Assembly (NCBI GenBank): GCA_023379675.1 | Contig: JAMCPL010000008.1 | Location: forward strand, 30,720 to 94,719 | DNA length: 64,000 nt | Direction of reading: 5' to 3' | Origin: Actinomycetota bacterium | GTDB taxonomy: Bacteria > Actinomycetota > Acidimicrobiia > Acidimicrobiales > JAMCPL01 | In this document: in pieces, positions 9,808 through 19,976 of the stretch | Numbering within the stretch: the first letter of the stretch is position 1 | Layout of the letters: each line of letters starts with the position of its first letter | Program-made: the position numbers and the translations under genes | Notes under the pieces: generated by a model | The model's input: the letters and a program-made list of their open reading frames with translations, nothing else | Database searches by the model: none | What the model was told of the DNA's origin: nothing

Positions 9808-11400
9808 CTACCTGCCGAAGCATGCTGGTTGGGTGTGCAGGGGCGCCAACGCTGATGACTTGGTGTAGGGATACCACTTTCCCCCGTCGCAGTTCTGCCA
9901 CGCGCCCTTTTCCCCGTCCAGGTTGCTCTTAGCCGTAGGATTCCACCAGCCGACCTGGTAGCTCGTAGCTGGATAGAAGCTGTAAGGTCCGCTGCGCCAG
10001 GGACCGAACTCTCCCATCGAGGTTTTTGTCGTGATGGAGGGGGGGATCTTGTAGATTCCCCTGGCGAAAGTCTGGGGAGTCAGGTCTGGTCCTGCAGCTT
10101 GCAGCCTGGAGAACAGCTCCAAGGCCATCTTGTAGGCAAGGGCGAAGTAGGGTTCCTGCGGCCGGCCTCCATGATCCGCCAGATGGAACACTTTGAGCGC
10201 TTCGCTCTGTGAAGCGCTTGGCCACTGTCCCGCATCCATGACAAGGGAGTGCTTCGCCTGGGGAGGCGAGATACGGCGCATTAGCGGGTCGAGCCACCAG
10301 TCGAACATCCACTCGGGATAGTACCCCTCTGATGTGGCGGTGGAAGTGAACAGTATAGGTTCCAGCGGATCGCAACCACATATTATCGTAGTGACCCCGT
10401 GGGCTTTCATCTGAGCGATAGCGGTGGAAGCCTGCTGCGATGCCTGCGACACGGAAAGGGCGTAGTTGTCCCTTGCGGCGAAGTTGACGCCACACTGGGA
10501 GGCAAGGCGGCTGGCTATATAGTTGCCATCTGCGGCATACAGCGGATTGTCAGGTATGAGTAGACCGAATACCCGTTTGCGGCTGCGCATACGAGGGGTT
10601 CCCGCAAATATCGCTTTCATGCCGGCCATCCTTTCGCAGATGAAGTTCACAGTGGCCTGATTGTTCTGCGTACCGGTGGGGAAGATTGTGTATTCATAAG
10701 GATAGTACTGTCTCAGCCATGAGTCGGGCATGTAGATGGAACCGAGCGAGATGATGTGCTGTACAGCCAGGTATTGCTCGTACATCTGGGAGGAGAACAT
10801 CGGAAAGGTCAGATCCGCGAAAGCACCGAGTTGCTTTGCGGTGACTGCATCAGCCTGTGCCTGGGGCTGATCGAGCCCCTGGTCTTCGGAAAGGAAGTTC
10901 CCGGTGGCGGTGAAGGGCTTCAGCACCACCTTGCGTCCCCACAGCTCGTAGGTCCGATTGAAGAAGCTGATGTAGGTATGCAGGTCCGCGAGAAATTCCT
11001 TGTCATTGGGCATGGCACTAGTCACCAGGGAAGCTATGGATGCCTGGTCGCTGGAGCTCTCCTTGCGATAGGTGACGGTAATCGTGCTGGTGGTCACGCC
11101 TGGAGAGGTAGCGCCCCCATTGTACCCATGCCAGGCCGGTACGCACGAAGGTGCATATGCCGACCAGGGCACCTGGCGCACACCGGGGCCGCATTGTACT
11201 CCACTCATTGCCCTACCCGGTGCACCGGCCACAGGAACAGGGGTGATGCCTGACGGCAGTTGAGTGGGGGCAAGGTTGCCCTGTGGCGGTCCGGGTGGCA
11301 GCAACTGTAGGATGGCGACTGCCGCCGCTGCAAGCACGATCGGTATGGCATATCGTCTTGCCAGTATCGGGAAAGTGGGGCTGTTCGGTGTAGTGCTCAT
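9808..11400 (-). CDS. ABC transporter substrate-binding protein (type-1 periplasmic binding fold, Liv-like), membrane-anchored
   Basis: N-terminal TM/signal anchor. It sits directly downstream of the fused Liv-type permease/ATPase gene. It is a clear paralog of the 58349-60010 protein (RQVPWS.YAP.CVP.W.G.N.GATS.GVT, FELWGRKVV). Confidence 0.8.
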   Translation of the reverse strand: MSTTPNSPTFPILARRYAIPIVLAAAAVAILQLLPPGPPQGNLAPTQLPSGITPVPVAGAPGRAMSGVQCGPGVRQVPWSAYAPSCVPAWHGYNGGATSPGVTTSTITVTYRKESSSDQASIASLVTSAMPNDKEFLADLHTYISFFNRTYELWGRKVVLKPFTATGNFLSEDQGLDQPQAQADAVTAKQLGAFADLTFPMFSSQMYEQYLAVQHIISLGSIYMPDSWLRQYYPYEYTIFPTGTQNNQATVNFICERMAGMKAIFAGTPRMRSRKRVFGLLIPDNPLYAADGNYIASRLASQCGVNFAARDNYALSVSQASQQASTAIAQMKAHGVTTIICGCDPLEPILFTSTATSEGYYPEWMFDWWLDPLMRRISPPQAKHSLVMDAGQWPSASQSEALKVFHLADHGGRPQEPYFALAYKMALELFSRLQAAGPDLTPQTFARGIYKIPPSITTKTSMGEFGPWRSGPYSFYPATSYQVGWWNPTAKSNLDGEKGAWQNCDGGKWYPYTKSSALAPLHTQPACFGR

Positions 11401-11500
11401 ATTCGGCTCCTGCCTTGTGCCATATGACCCGTGTCATGGCATCGGTTCGTGCCTCTTACGCCGTTGCCGGCCTCGACCATCCAGCCATTGCTGCCGCTGC

Positions 11501-14500
11501 TCATACGCTGTTCCTAACGCTGGCCGTGGGGGATGCCGAAAGGATCTCTTCACCGCTTCCCAAATATGCTGCAAGTACTGCGGGTGAGTGCAGTACCGAC
11601 TGCACACTTCCTTCGGCGATGATACGTCCCAGATGCAGGCAGATGAGCCTGTCTGCTATGGACGACACCAGCGGTACGTCATGCTCGATGACAATAAGCG
11701 TTGCCCTGGTGTCCTCTGCCACCCCTAGGAGGAGTTCGGCAAGTGCTTCACTCTGTCTCTGGGCGATGCCTGCCGAAGGCTCGTCGAGGAGCAGCACTGA
11801 TGGATCGTGTCCCAGCACACAGGCCAGTTCAAGCATGCGGCGAGTACCGGTGGACAGTTCGGAGACTATGGAATCACGGTAATGAGTGAGACCCATCTGT
11901 GCCATCAACTCGTCGATTCGCCCATGGACCACCCGTTCGGACCTGCGGGCATCTTTCAGGTGTAAGATGTTGGCAAGAGGATCACGTACCGGTACAGTGC
12001 GCTCTATGGCTGCCGCCAGTGCTTCTGACACTGTCATCGAGGGGAACAGCCTGGAGTCCTGAAACACCCTGCCAAGGCCCAGCTCGGCCCGAGCTGGAGG
12101 AGACAACCTGGTGATGTCCTTGCCGTTCAATGCCAGCCGACCGGTATCCAGCTTGGTATAGCCCCCGAAAATGTCAAAGAGGGTGCTCTTGCCTGCTCCA
12201 TTTGCCCCGATGATACCAAGTATCTCACCTTGCTGGACGCTCAGGCTTATATCCTCTATGGCTACCAGCCCTCCGTATGACTTGGAGACGTTCCGCACGG
12301 TGAACGCCTCTGCAGATGCTGCGCCCGGTTGCGGCGCCTGGGCGTTCTGAGCAGTTCCGGGGGGTGGCGCGGTAACCGGTGGCGCGGTAACCCCACCAGC
12401 CCCAGAGGGTCCGGCGCCTTCCGTAGCCCGTCTCTGATCAGACTTCTTCATGGCGTGGATAAACACTGATCTGAGCAGTTCTGGGTGCTTCTCCACACTT
12501 GGAGTCGGTCCGCTGAATCGGATGCGGCCGCGCTCAAAAAATACCGCCCTTTGAGCAACGGCACTGGCTACATTGATCGACTGCTCCACGATCACGAAGG
12601 TCACCCCTGATGCAGCAAGCGATTTCACCGTCTGGAGCAACTGGTCAATTACCTTTGGCGACAGACCAAGCGACATCTCGTCTATCAGCATTAGTATAGG
12701 CCTGCACAGCAACGCCTGGCTTAAGGCGAGCATCTGCTGTTCCCCTCCGGAGAGCTTTCCCGCCTTCATATTTGCCCGTTCGTGCAGGGACCGGAAGACC
12801 GTCAACACTCTTTGAGCGTCAGCCTTCGCAAAGTGCCGGTCATGGTGATGGCGTTTCACGGTCCAGCTTGCAAGCCGCAGGTTCTCAGTAACAGTAAGAG
12901 AGCTGAAAACTCCCTGCCGGGCAGGGACCATTATCATGCCAGAATGCGCCCGCTGGAAGGTGCTCAGCCGAGTTATATCCTGGCCAAGCAGCTCCACCTG
13001 CCCGCGGGTGGTAGGGATGAGCCCGGATACCACTCCAAGAAATGTAGATTTGCCGGAACCGTTGCTCCCCAGTATGGCCACTATCTCGCCCTGGGCGATG
13101 CCCATTCCGGTATTGAAAAGCGCTTGCATACGACCATAGTGAGCGTCTATGCCCTTTGCAGCCAATATTGCCGGCCGCCCACCACTTGGTGGGATGTATC
13201 CCGGAGTGTAACCCTGCCTGCCGCCTACCGGCGTGCCGGTCATACCGTTGGTGGACATTTCAAGGGTTTCCAGCGCCGCCATCTGCAGGGCCGCCCTTGC
13301 GGTCCGTGACTCCTCCGACCGGGTGGCTCGAGTTTCCAGAAGCGCTCGAGTTGGGTGAGTTGCCTGGGCCGTTGTTCCTTGCACGCTGCCCTGACCTGCT
13401 CCAGTGGCTGCCACCCTGCCATCTTGCGTTCCACGCATTTCCGGTTCTCCGGGCGCCCCGTATACCGATTCCGGCCGGGATGAGAGCATGCCTGCCAGAC
13501 GGTTCCTGACCCTGATGGCCACGCCTCCCAGCCCGCTGGGTAGGATCATAAGGAGAACCAGCAGGCCTGCTCCAGTGGCGAAAAGTTGCATGCCACCTTT
13601 CACGAAGTATAGTACTCCTTCCACATAGGCGGCTCCCAGTATGGCGCCGAGCAGTGAGCCCATTCCTCCTATTACGACCATGGTGAATATCTGGATGCTG
13701 TACTGGGGGGGGAATCCTCCAAACGAAATACCACCCAGGGCCACCACGTACAGCCCTCCGGCTATGCTCGCCATCGCGCCTGAGACACCGAAAGCCAGCA
13801 GCTTCACCCTTATAGGGCTTATACTGTAAGCAATTGCGTTCTTCTCGTTGTCACGCACGGCAAGCATTGCCCTGCCGAGTCGTGAGTTCCTCAGGCTCAG
13901 CGCGGCGAGCAGGACAACAGCCAGTACCGCCAGGCACAGCTCGTAGAATGGAAGCGGGGAGACAAGGTTGATTTTTCCAAAGAGTTCCGGGCGACTGATA
14001 CTGCTGGGTGTGATATACGGGAAGTAGCTCGGGCTCAATAGCCAGGTCGACAGCGGCACGGCAAACGCCATGGTGACCACCGCCAGGTACAGCCCCTGGA
14101 AACGCAGTGCAGGAATCCCTATTATACATGCCACGACAGCTCCGGTGATTCCGGCCAGAGCCAGAGCGACGAGTATCTCGACATGAGCATGTACCATCAG
14201 CGATGCCGTAGTAGCGGCGCCGACACCGGCAAAGGCAAACTGACCGAGGCTGATCTGGCCTGCCCAGCCGGACAGCACCACCAGTGAGACTGCGATAATG
14301 CCAAAGATTACGATGTACGAGAGTAGAGTGATCCTTGATGCGTTCAGTAGCGACGGTACCATTATGGCTGCTGCAGCTACGGCTGCGATGGCAATGGCGC
14401 GTCCCACTTTTATCTCCGGCCTCTTACGCAACGCCTCTGGCAGGGGATGCACTTCCTGCACTGCTACGTAGTCGCCCATGCCCTGGTCGGCAACCCTGGT

Positions 14501-15574
14501 ATCACTACGAGCAGAGCGCTTGAGCAGCATGCCTACCACCAGCAACACGAAGAGAGCTACATCGGAGTAGACCGTGGTATGGAAGGACCAGTAGACAGCC
14601 TGCTGCATGATGCCTATGACGAGAGACAATCCCACCGCGACCGGTAGGCTCTCCATGTTTGCCAGCATGGCTGCCACCAGTGGAATCAGCAGATCCGTGG
14701 GTCCTGACGCAACGCCGACGTTTACCCCCAGGATGGGCCCGGAAAGAGTGGCGCCCACTCCTGACAGTAGTGATGCGACCACCCAGGCGGTGATGCTGAG
14801 CCTGCGCACCGGTATACCCAGCAGTGTCGCACGACTTGGCGAGTCGGCTACCGCCCTGATGCCGATTCCGGTATCCGTATGCTTGAGGAATATCCATATT
14901 GCAACCAGGGCGATTGGCACTACGATCCAGGCAGCCAGGTAATTACCGTTGAAGATGAAGGAGCCTACCGATGCCTTGAAGCTGAACGGAACTGAGAAGG
15001 AAGTCACCGACTTCAAGGGTACGAACAGTCTGGGCAGTTCCATTTCGGCGGCCCCGAACATCTGCGCCACCCCGATGGTTGCCACCGTGAGTATCAGCCG
15101 TGGCGCTTTCTCAAATCTTCTGACCACGATGGTGGCTACGAGTATCCCGCTGGCGGCGGCAACGAGCAGGCCTATGGGAACGGCTGCATAGTATGGCAGC
15201 GCTGTCCGGCCGATTACCAGCACAATGGCGGCTGATGCAGCAAGACCGCCGATTACGCCCTGGGAGAAGTTGATTATGCGGGCGGAACGGTAGATGAGTA
15301 TGAGCCCCATGGCCGTCATGGCGCTGAGAGCACCCAGCGACAGGCCTTCCACGGTGACACCGAGGGGCAGGTGGTTTGGCAGGAGGATGGTGACAACCAG
15401 CCATGCGATTGCAATAGCTGCCGGTAGAAGCAGTCTGGCTCCGAGGGGTCCGGTTGCACCCCGGAACCTCGTGGCACCTGAAGACCTGGTTGCATGCCGG
15501 GATCCGGCTGTGTCTGGGAGTGTGGCTGTGTCCTGGGATCCGGTAGTGCCCGACCTTCCCTCTGACGCCTTCAC
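11501..15574 (-). CDS. single-polypeptide branched-chain-amino-acid-type ABC importer: LivH-like permease + LivM-like permease + LivF-like ATPase + LivG-like ATPase
   Basis: 1357 aa. There are two blocks of TM helices (IINFSQGVIGGLAA; GQISLGQFAFAGVGA). Two ABC cassettes follow (GSNGSGKST...LSGGEQQM...LLMLIDE and GANGAGKST...LSTGTRRM...LLLDEP), joined by low-complexity linkers. Confidence 0.88.
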   Translation of the reverse strand: MKASEGRSGTTGSQDTATLPDTAGSRHATRSSGATRFRGATGPLGARLLLPAAIAIAWLVVTILLPNHLPLGVTVEGLSLGALSAMTAMGLILIYRSARIINFSQGVIGGLAASAAIVLVIGRTALPYYAAVPIGLLVAAASGILVATIVVRRFEKAPRLILTVATIGVAQMFGAAEMELPRLFVPLKSVTSFSVPFSFKASVGSFIFNGNYLAAWIVVPIALVAIWIFLKHTDTGIGIRAVADSPSRATLLGIPVRRLSITAWVVASLLSGVGATLSGPILGVNVGVASGPTDLLIPLVAAMLANMESLPVAVGLSLVIGIMQQAVYWSFHTTVYSDVALFVLLVVGMLLKRSARSDTRVADQGMGDYVAVQEVHPLPEALRKRPEIKVGRAIAIAAVAAAAIMVPSLLNASRITLLSYIVIFGIIAVSLVVLSGWAGQISLGQFAFAGVGAATTASLMVHAHVEILVALALAGITGAVVACIIGIPALRFQGLYLAVVTMAFAVPLSTWLLSPSYFPYITPSSISRPELFGKINLVSPLPFYELCLAVLAVVLLAALSLRNSRLGRAMLAVRDNEKNAIAYSISPIRVKLLAFGVSGAMASIAGGLYVVALGGISFGGFPPQYSIQIFTMVVIGGMGSLLGAILGAAYVEGVLYFVKGGMQLFATGAGLLVLLMILPSGLGGVAIRVRNRLAGMLSSRPESVYGAPGEPEMRGTQDGRVAATGAGQGSVQGTTAQATHPTRALLETRATRSEESRTARAALQMAALETLEMSTNGMTGTPVGGRQGYTPGYIPPSGGRPAILAAKGIDAHYGRMQALFNTGMGIAQGEIVAILGSNGSGKSTFLGVVSGLIPTTRGQVELLGQDITRLSTFQRAHSGMIMVPARQGVFSSLTVTENLRLASWTVKRHHHDRHFAKADAQRVLTVFRSLHERANMKAGKLSGGEQQMLALSQALLCRPILMLIDEMSLGLSPKVIDQLLQTVKSLAASGVTFVIVEQSINVASAVAQRAVFFERGRIRFSGPTPSVEKHPELLRSVFIHAMKKSDQRRATEGAGPSGAGGVTAPPVTAPPPGTAQNAQAPQPGAASAEAFTVRNVSKSYGGLVAIEDISLSVQQGEILGIIGANGAGKSTLFDIFGGYTKLDTGRLALNGKDITRLSPPARAELGLGRVFQDSRLFPSMTVSEALAAAIERTVPVRDPLANILHLKDARRSERVVHGRIDELMAQMGLTHYRDSIVSELSTGTRRMLELACVLGHDPSVLLLDEPSAGIAQRQSEALAELLLGVAEDTRATLIVIEHDVPLVSSIADRLICLHLGRIIAEGSVQSVLHSPAVLAAYLGSGEEILSASPTASVRNSV

Positions 15575-15650
15575 TTTTCGTCAGCCTTGCTGCTTTTTTC
15601 GGCTAATGCCCTCAATTTTGGCGACACCCTTGCCTGCCCTCACGACCGCA

Positions 15651-15693
15651 CTCCACCTACATACCTACATTCAGGCTCCACCTACATACCTAC
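15651..15693. repeat. 18-bp perfect direct repeat x2 (CTCCACCTACATACCTAC, period 25) upstream of the ABC importer gene
   Basis: Read directly at 15651-15668 and 15676-15693. Confidence 0.9.
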
Positions 15694-15869
15694 GCTCCCA
15701 CATCCCTGTACCCACATCTCCGAAACCCGCCACCTGGTATCCCAGCATACACATATCTACTGTGCTGGGTAGCTATTGTTGCAGATTACATTATCAACTG
15801 CGCGACAGTACGCTGTCAATGCTTTCTCATGTAACAGGGTCGGGATGCTTCGGTAACCTTGCCGCCCTA

Positions 15870-16715
15870 TTAGCTCTGCCGCACGATCCGGGTAGGTAGC
15901 ACTCCTATTCCCTCTATCTCCACTTCCACCAGATCACCGTCCGACAGGTAGATTGGGGGTGTACGGCCAGCTCCCACGCCTTCAGGTGTTCCCGTCGAGA
16001 GCACGTCACCAGGCAAGAGCGTCATCGAGCCTGAGATATATGCGAGAATGTCTGGAGCGCGAAATATCATATCCGAAGTGTTGCCGGACTGCATGGTAAT
16101 GCCATTGACCCGAGTCTCCAGATTGAGATTGTAGGGGTCACCCAACTCATCAGGTGTGACAAGCTCGGGACCGGCCGGCGCCGTGCGATCGGCATTCTTA
16201 CCCAGTGTCCATTGTGTCGTAGCATGTTGGTATCCTCTTGCGCTGAGATCGTTAAGGCAGGTATAGCCCAGTATTGCTGTATTGGCCTCTTGCGGACCGA
16301 CATTTTTCAACGTTGCCCCTATTACCACGGCCAGTTCTCCTTCCCAGTCAAGACGCTCATCGCCAGGAGGTATGGGAACTTCGCTGCCCGCACCCGTCAG
16401 GGTCGATGCGAATCTTGCAAAGATCGTTGGTTTGGACGGGAATTCTTTCCCTGACTCCGCGGCATGGCGGGCATAATTGAGTCCTATGCACAGTATTCGC
16501 GAGGTGGTGGGTACCGGCGGCGCCAAGGTGAGCGAATCCAGGTCCAAGATATTCCGGGTCGGAATGGCGTTACCGGTCCCAGCGTTGCGGGCTTCTTCCA
16601 GCGACTCCGGCAGTGCGGTAAAGAAGTCATCAATCTGCCCCAGCGGCACCACCATGTTGCCATGCAGCACTCCTATGCGCCGTCCATCGCTTGCTTCGTA
16701 ACCTACCAACCTCAT
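15870..16715 (-). CDS. fumarylacetoacetate hydrolase (FAH) family protein
   Basis: LCIGLNYARHAAESG...PTIFARF...WEGELAVVIG...GDVLSTGTPEGVG are typical FAH-family blocks. Confidence 0.85.
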   Translation of the reverse strand: MRLVGYEASDGRRIGVLHGNMVVPLGQIDDFFTALPESLEEARNAGTGNAIPTRNILDLDSLTLAPPVPTTSRILCIGLNYARHAAESGKEFPSKPTIFARFASTLTGAGSEVPIPPGDERLDWEGELAVVIGATLKNVGPQEANTAILGYTCLNDLSARGYQHATTQWTLGKNADRTAPAGPELVTPDELGDPYNLNLETRVNGITMQSGNTSDMIFRAPDILAYISGSMTLLPGDVLSTGTPEGVGAGRTPPIYLSDGDLVEVEIEGIGVLPTRIVRQS

Positions 16716-16905
16716 CTATGGATTTCCTTCCTGTCCGGTTGCCAGCAGCTCATCCTCGTTCGCGTTATAACCTGCTGGCAGCATTACCGCCTCAGCCAAC
16801 CTGCCACGCATAATGCCAGTATCCACCCATTGGATACATTGCTACATTGCTACCTTGCTACTTGATAAGCTGTCACAACATATGTCAAACATGGGTGATA
16901 CATTG

Positions 16906-17784
16906 CTACCTTGCCACCCACCCACCGTCCACCAGCAGGTCCGTGCCAGTGATAAACGATGCTGATTCCCCGGCAAGGAAGCAGACAGCCTGTGCTATCT
17001 CGTCCGGTTCAGCCCAGCGACCCAGAGCCTGCTCGCTTTCCCTTTCAGCTTTCACCTCATCAAAGGGTAGACCCATCCGCTCTGCCTCCATGGAGATGTC
17101 TCCGCGCAGCATGGCTGTGTCCACTGAGCCAGGGCTTACTGAATTGACCCTGATCCTGTATGGCGCCAGCTCCCAGGCGAGCGCCCTTACCATGGAGATT
17201 ATTGCCCCCTTGGTCGAGCCGTAGAGCGCATGGTCTCGCTGCCCGACATGGCCGGAGACGGACGCCATGCATACTATCGATCCGCCCATTACCTGGATCA
17301 TTATCGGGATCGTGTACTTGCACATCAAGAAAGTGCCTCCCAGGTTGGTGTCTACGACCTTGCGATATTCCTCCCAGGACGTATCCTGGAATGGCTTGAC
17401 GAGCACCACTCCCGCCACGTTGGCCAGTACGTCTATGCGACCGTAATCGGATCCTATACTGGCGAGCACTTTTGAAACTGCATCTTCGTCAGATACATCG
17501 CACTGGTAATACCGCGACACAATAGGTATGTCTGCCGGCTTGGGCGAGGGCGCTGGCGAGGGCGCTGGCGAGGGCGCGGAGGTAGGTGAGGATGAGTACA
17601 TGAGCATGCCTGCAGGCGTGCCGACATCATGCTCATGCCACCCGGCGAGCGCCGCATCTTCTTCCGGGACAATGTCTATCGCTGCGACTGCATATCCGAG
17701 CATGTCCAGGCGTATTGCGGTTGCGCGGCCAATTCCATGAGCCGCTCCGGTCACGACTGCGACCTTTCTGGTCCGCTCATTCAC
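16906..17784 (-). CDS. SDR-family oxidoreductase with a P/S/A-rich insert
   Basis: TGAAHGIGRA Rossmann motif and YGSTK catalytic motif. The insert SSSPTSAPSPAPSPAPSPKP is encoded partly by the 12-bp x3 repeat at 17543-17578. Confidence 0.88.
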   Translation of the reverse strand: MNERTRKVAVVTGAAHGIGRATAIRLDMLGYAVAAIDIVPEEDAALAGWHEHDVGTPAGMLMYSSSPTSAPSPAPSPAPSPKPADIPIVSRYYQCDVSDEDAVSKVLASIGSDYGRIDVLANVAGVVLVKPFQDTSWEEYRKVVDTNLGGTFLMCKYTIPIMIQVMGGSIVCMASVSGHVGQRDHALYGSTKGAIISMVRALAWELAPYRIRVNSVSPGSVDTAMLRGDISMEAERMGLPFDEVKAERESEQALGRWAEPDEIAQAVCFLAGESASFITGTDLLVDGGWVAR

Positions 17785-18580
17785 GGATGTATCCTATGCC
17801 AAGTATTTCCCTGGCTTCGGCCGGGGTGGCGACTGGCCTTCCCATGGAACAGCTGAGTTCTGCGGCTTCACGTACAAGCTCATGAGTGGCAAGCAAAGTG
17901 CCATTACGACCGTAGGGGTTGTCTTCCGTTCCTACCCGTATATGGTCGCCCGCTGCCAGGGCACAGGCCAGAAGCTCCATCTGACCCTCTCCCATAATGC
18001 TGACGGTGGCCACAGAGTCTTCGGGGAGATAGCGGCGCCGGTGAAGGTATTCTTCGGGATCAGCTGGCGACCACGTTCCGCCCGGCCAATTGAAGAAGAG
18101 AGTAGTCACAAACGGCGGTGATACAAGGTCGCGCTTGATCAGGTATGCAAGGTTCCATATAGAGCCCGTATGCCATATCTCGAACTCCATCCTTATCCCA
18201 TAGCGAGCGGAAGCGCTTGCGTAGGCCTCAAGCTCATCACGGGTATGCAGTACGTTGGTATTGATGCCTCCAGCGAATGCCTCATCGTGGTGACTCGCTA
18301 TCACCGAGAGCATATCCGTTCCACTTTCCAGCGCCTCCATGCGGGAGTCGAGCGAAAGGCTGGACATGCCGCACTGGATGATGATGTCACTGCGAGAGCG
18401 TACCGCCCTAATCGATTCCGCCCAACTGTCTTCGCCGTGCATATGGAGGACAGCTGCGCCGTTCTCCGCGCAGAGTCCCGCTTCTTCGGCGCGCTCCTCG
18501 GGCGTGCACGGGTAGGGCACTTCGGGATGGAGCCAGCACACATTGGGTGTAGCGGTAATAATGACTGGTGTCTTGTCCAT
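17777..18580 (-). CDS. beta-keto acid cleavage enzyme (BKACE / DUF849, 3-keto-5-aminohexanoate cleavage family)
   Basis: PVIITATPN...VPYPCTPEERAEEAGLCAENGAAVLHMHGED matches the DUF849 N-terminal signature. I moved the start to ATG 18580. There is an 8-nt overlap with the downstream SDR gene. Confidence 0.8.
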   Translation of the reverse strand: MDKTPVIITATPNVCWLHPEVPYPCTPEERAEEAGLCAENGAAVLHMHGEDSWAESIRAVRSRSDIIIQCGMSSLSLDSRMEALESGTDMLSVIASHHDEAFAGGINTNVLHTRDELEAYASASARYGIRMEFEIWHTGSIWNLAYLIKRDLVSPPFVTTLFFNWPGGTWSPADPEEYLHRRRYLPEDSVATVSIMGEGQMELLACALAAGDHIRVGTEDNPYGRNGTLLATHELVREAAELSCSMGRPVATPAEAREILGIGYIRE

Positions 18581-18633
18581 GTGGCCTACTCTACCGTTAA
18601 TATATAATGATGTGCATACAAGGAGGCTACCGC

Positions 18634-19905
18634 GTGGGCAATAGATTTGTTCCGTTATCATTCGACAAGCACAAGCTGCTCTCCACAATGCAGGAGGTAG
18701 GGATAGGAGCCATGATCCTCACCTCCCCAGAGAACGTGTTCTATGTAACCGGCTATCCGGTACTCACAAGTGCAGGCAACCCCATCCTGCATACTCTTTC
18801 CAATCAGTTTCCTGTTGTGGCATGCATTGACCGTGAGGGCAAGGTCATGCTGGCCTGCTGGCTGGTTTCCACCCTGGGTGCGGACTTTGGCGCTGACGAA
18901 TTGTTGCTCTACCTCGACAGGGAAGGCGCTGCCGGAGAAATTCGTAAACTCGTGGACCATGCAGCTGAGCAGCCAGGGAGGGTAGGCATAGAGTCGACCT
19001 GTCCTTATCATGTGGTGAAGATGTTGGAGGAATCCCTTGGTACAGGCGCTACTGGCGCGGGCAACGCCGGCGTCGATGCCGGGGCCGGTGGGGCTCGCAG
19101 CGTTGCTGCTGAGAGTGATGCGGGAATGGCTGGTACGGCCGGTGGTAGGGGAGATCAAGGTGGCGGGGTCAGCGGGAATAGTAAGGTGGTGCTGGTGGAC
19201 GCACTCATGCTGGATATGAGGGTGGTAAAGAGTGCTGCGGAAATAGCGTTTCTTGAAAACTCCATAAGGATAGTAGAGCGGTCCGTTTCTGAACTGTTCG
19301 GCCTTCTCCGCCCAGGCATGTCGCGCCTCGATCTGATCGGCAAGGCAAAAGAGATCATGGCGGCCAACGGGGCTTCGGGGGTCAGCCATGTCACGGTATC
19401 GTTCGGTAAGGAGAATCCTGAGCTGGCGATAGATGAGACACTCGTCGGTGATCGGCTGGTGACCCTGGATCTCGGTGCTTTCTACCAGGGGTATGCATCC
19501 GATAATCGCCGCTATGCCTATACGGGCACGCCTCCTGCTGCGCTGGTAAAGGCTCATGATATGATGGTGGACATTGTCGATCAAGTGGGTGCGGCTCTGT
19601 GTCCGGGAACTTCAGAGGGCGATATCTTCCAGCTGGCTGCGGAACTCTTCAATCGACACGGCCTTGATCCCTTCTTTGACCATGCAGGCCACCATGTCGG
19701 CCTCCAGACAGAGGAACGCTGGATCACTTCTGCGTCGAAGCGCCCGCTTCAAGTAGGTATGGTCGTCAACATTGAGCTGTACACTCCCGTCGAGGGCATC
19801 GACTTTGTGGGCAACGAGGAGACATTCGTAATTGATGTCTCCGGTTCCCGGCGGATATCGCAGCTTTCCAGGGAGATCATCCCGCTACCCTCAGAGGCCT
19901 GGTAG
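18634..19905 (+). CDS. M24-family metallopeptidase (Xaa-Pro peptidase / creatinase-like) with a G/A-rich insert
   Basis: Creatinase_N-like N-terminus (GIGAMILTSPENVFYVTGY) and a pita-bread domain (DLGAFYQGYASD, HHVGL, NIELY). The likely start is GTG 18634, 7 nt after AAGGAGG; the ORF-track start is 18607. Confidence 0.8.
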   Translation: MGNRFVPLSFDKHKLLSTMQEVGIGAMILTSPENVFYVTGYPVLTSAGNPILHTLSNQFPVVACIDREGKVMLACWLVSTLGADFGADELLLYLDREGAAGEIRKLVDHAAEQPGRVGIESTCPYHVVKMLEESLGTGATGAGNAGVDAGAGGARSVAAESDAGMAGTAGGRGDQGGGVSGNSKVVLVDALMLDMRVVKSAAEIAFLENSIRIVERSVSELFGLLRPGMSRLDLIGKAKEIMAANGASGVSHVTVSFGKENPELAIDETLVGDRLVTLDLGAFYQGYASDNRRYAYTGTPPAALVKAHDMMVDIVDQVGAALCPGTSEGDIFQLAAELFNRHGLDPFFDHAGHHVGLQTEERWITSASKRPLQVGMVVNIELYTPVEGIDFVGNEETFVIDVSGSRRISQLSREIIPLPSEAW

Positions 19906-19976
19906 ATGAGCGATAGCGCCTGCCCCGATGCAAGGCGCCACGGGAATGTCGTGTACAGGAAGGGTATGAGGCCGGA

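Noticed and set aside
18658-19584. 308-aa ORF antisense to the M24 peptidase gene. The same class includes 34492-35442 antisense to acs, 45548-46348 antisense to the dynamin gene, 47424-48356 antisense to the mutase gene, 51628-52386 antisense to the SDR gene, and 39759-40418 antisense to the MFS gene.
   Set aside because: In every case the opposite strand encodes a protein with clear family motifs. The antisense translations look random (rich in R/S/C/H) and lack motifs.
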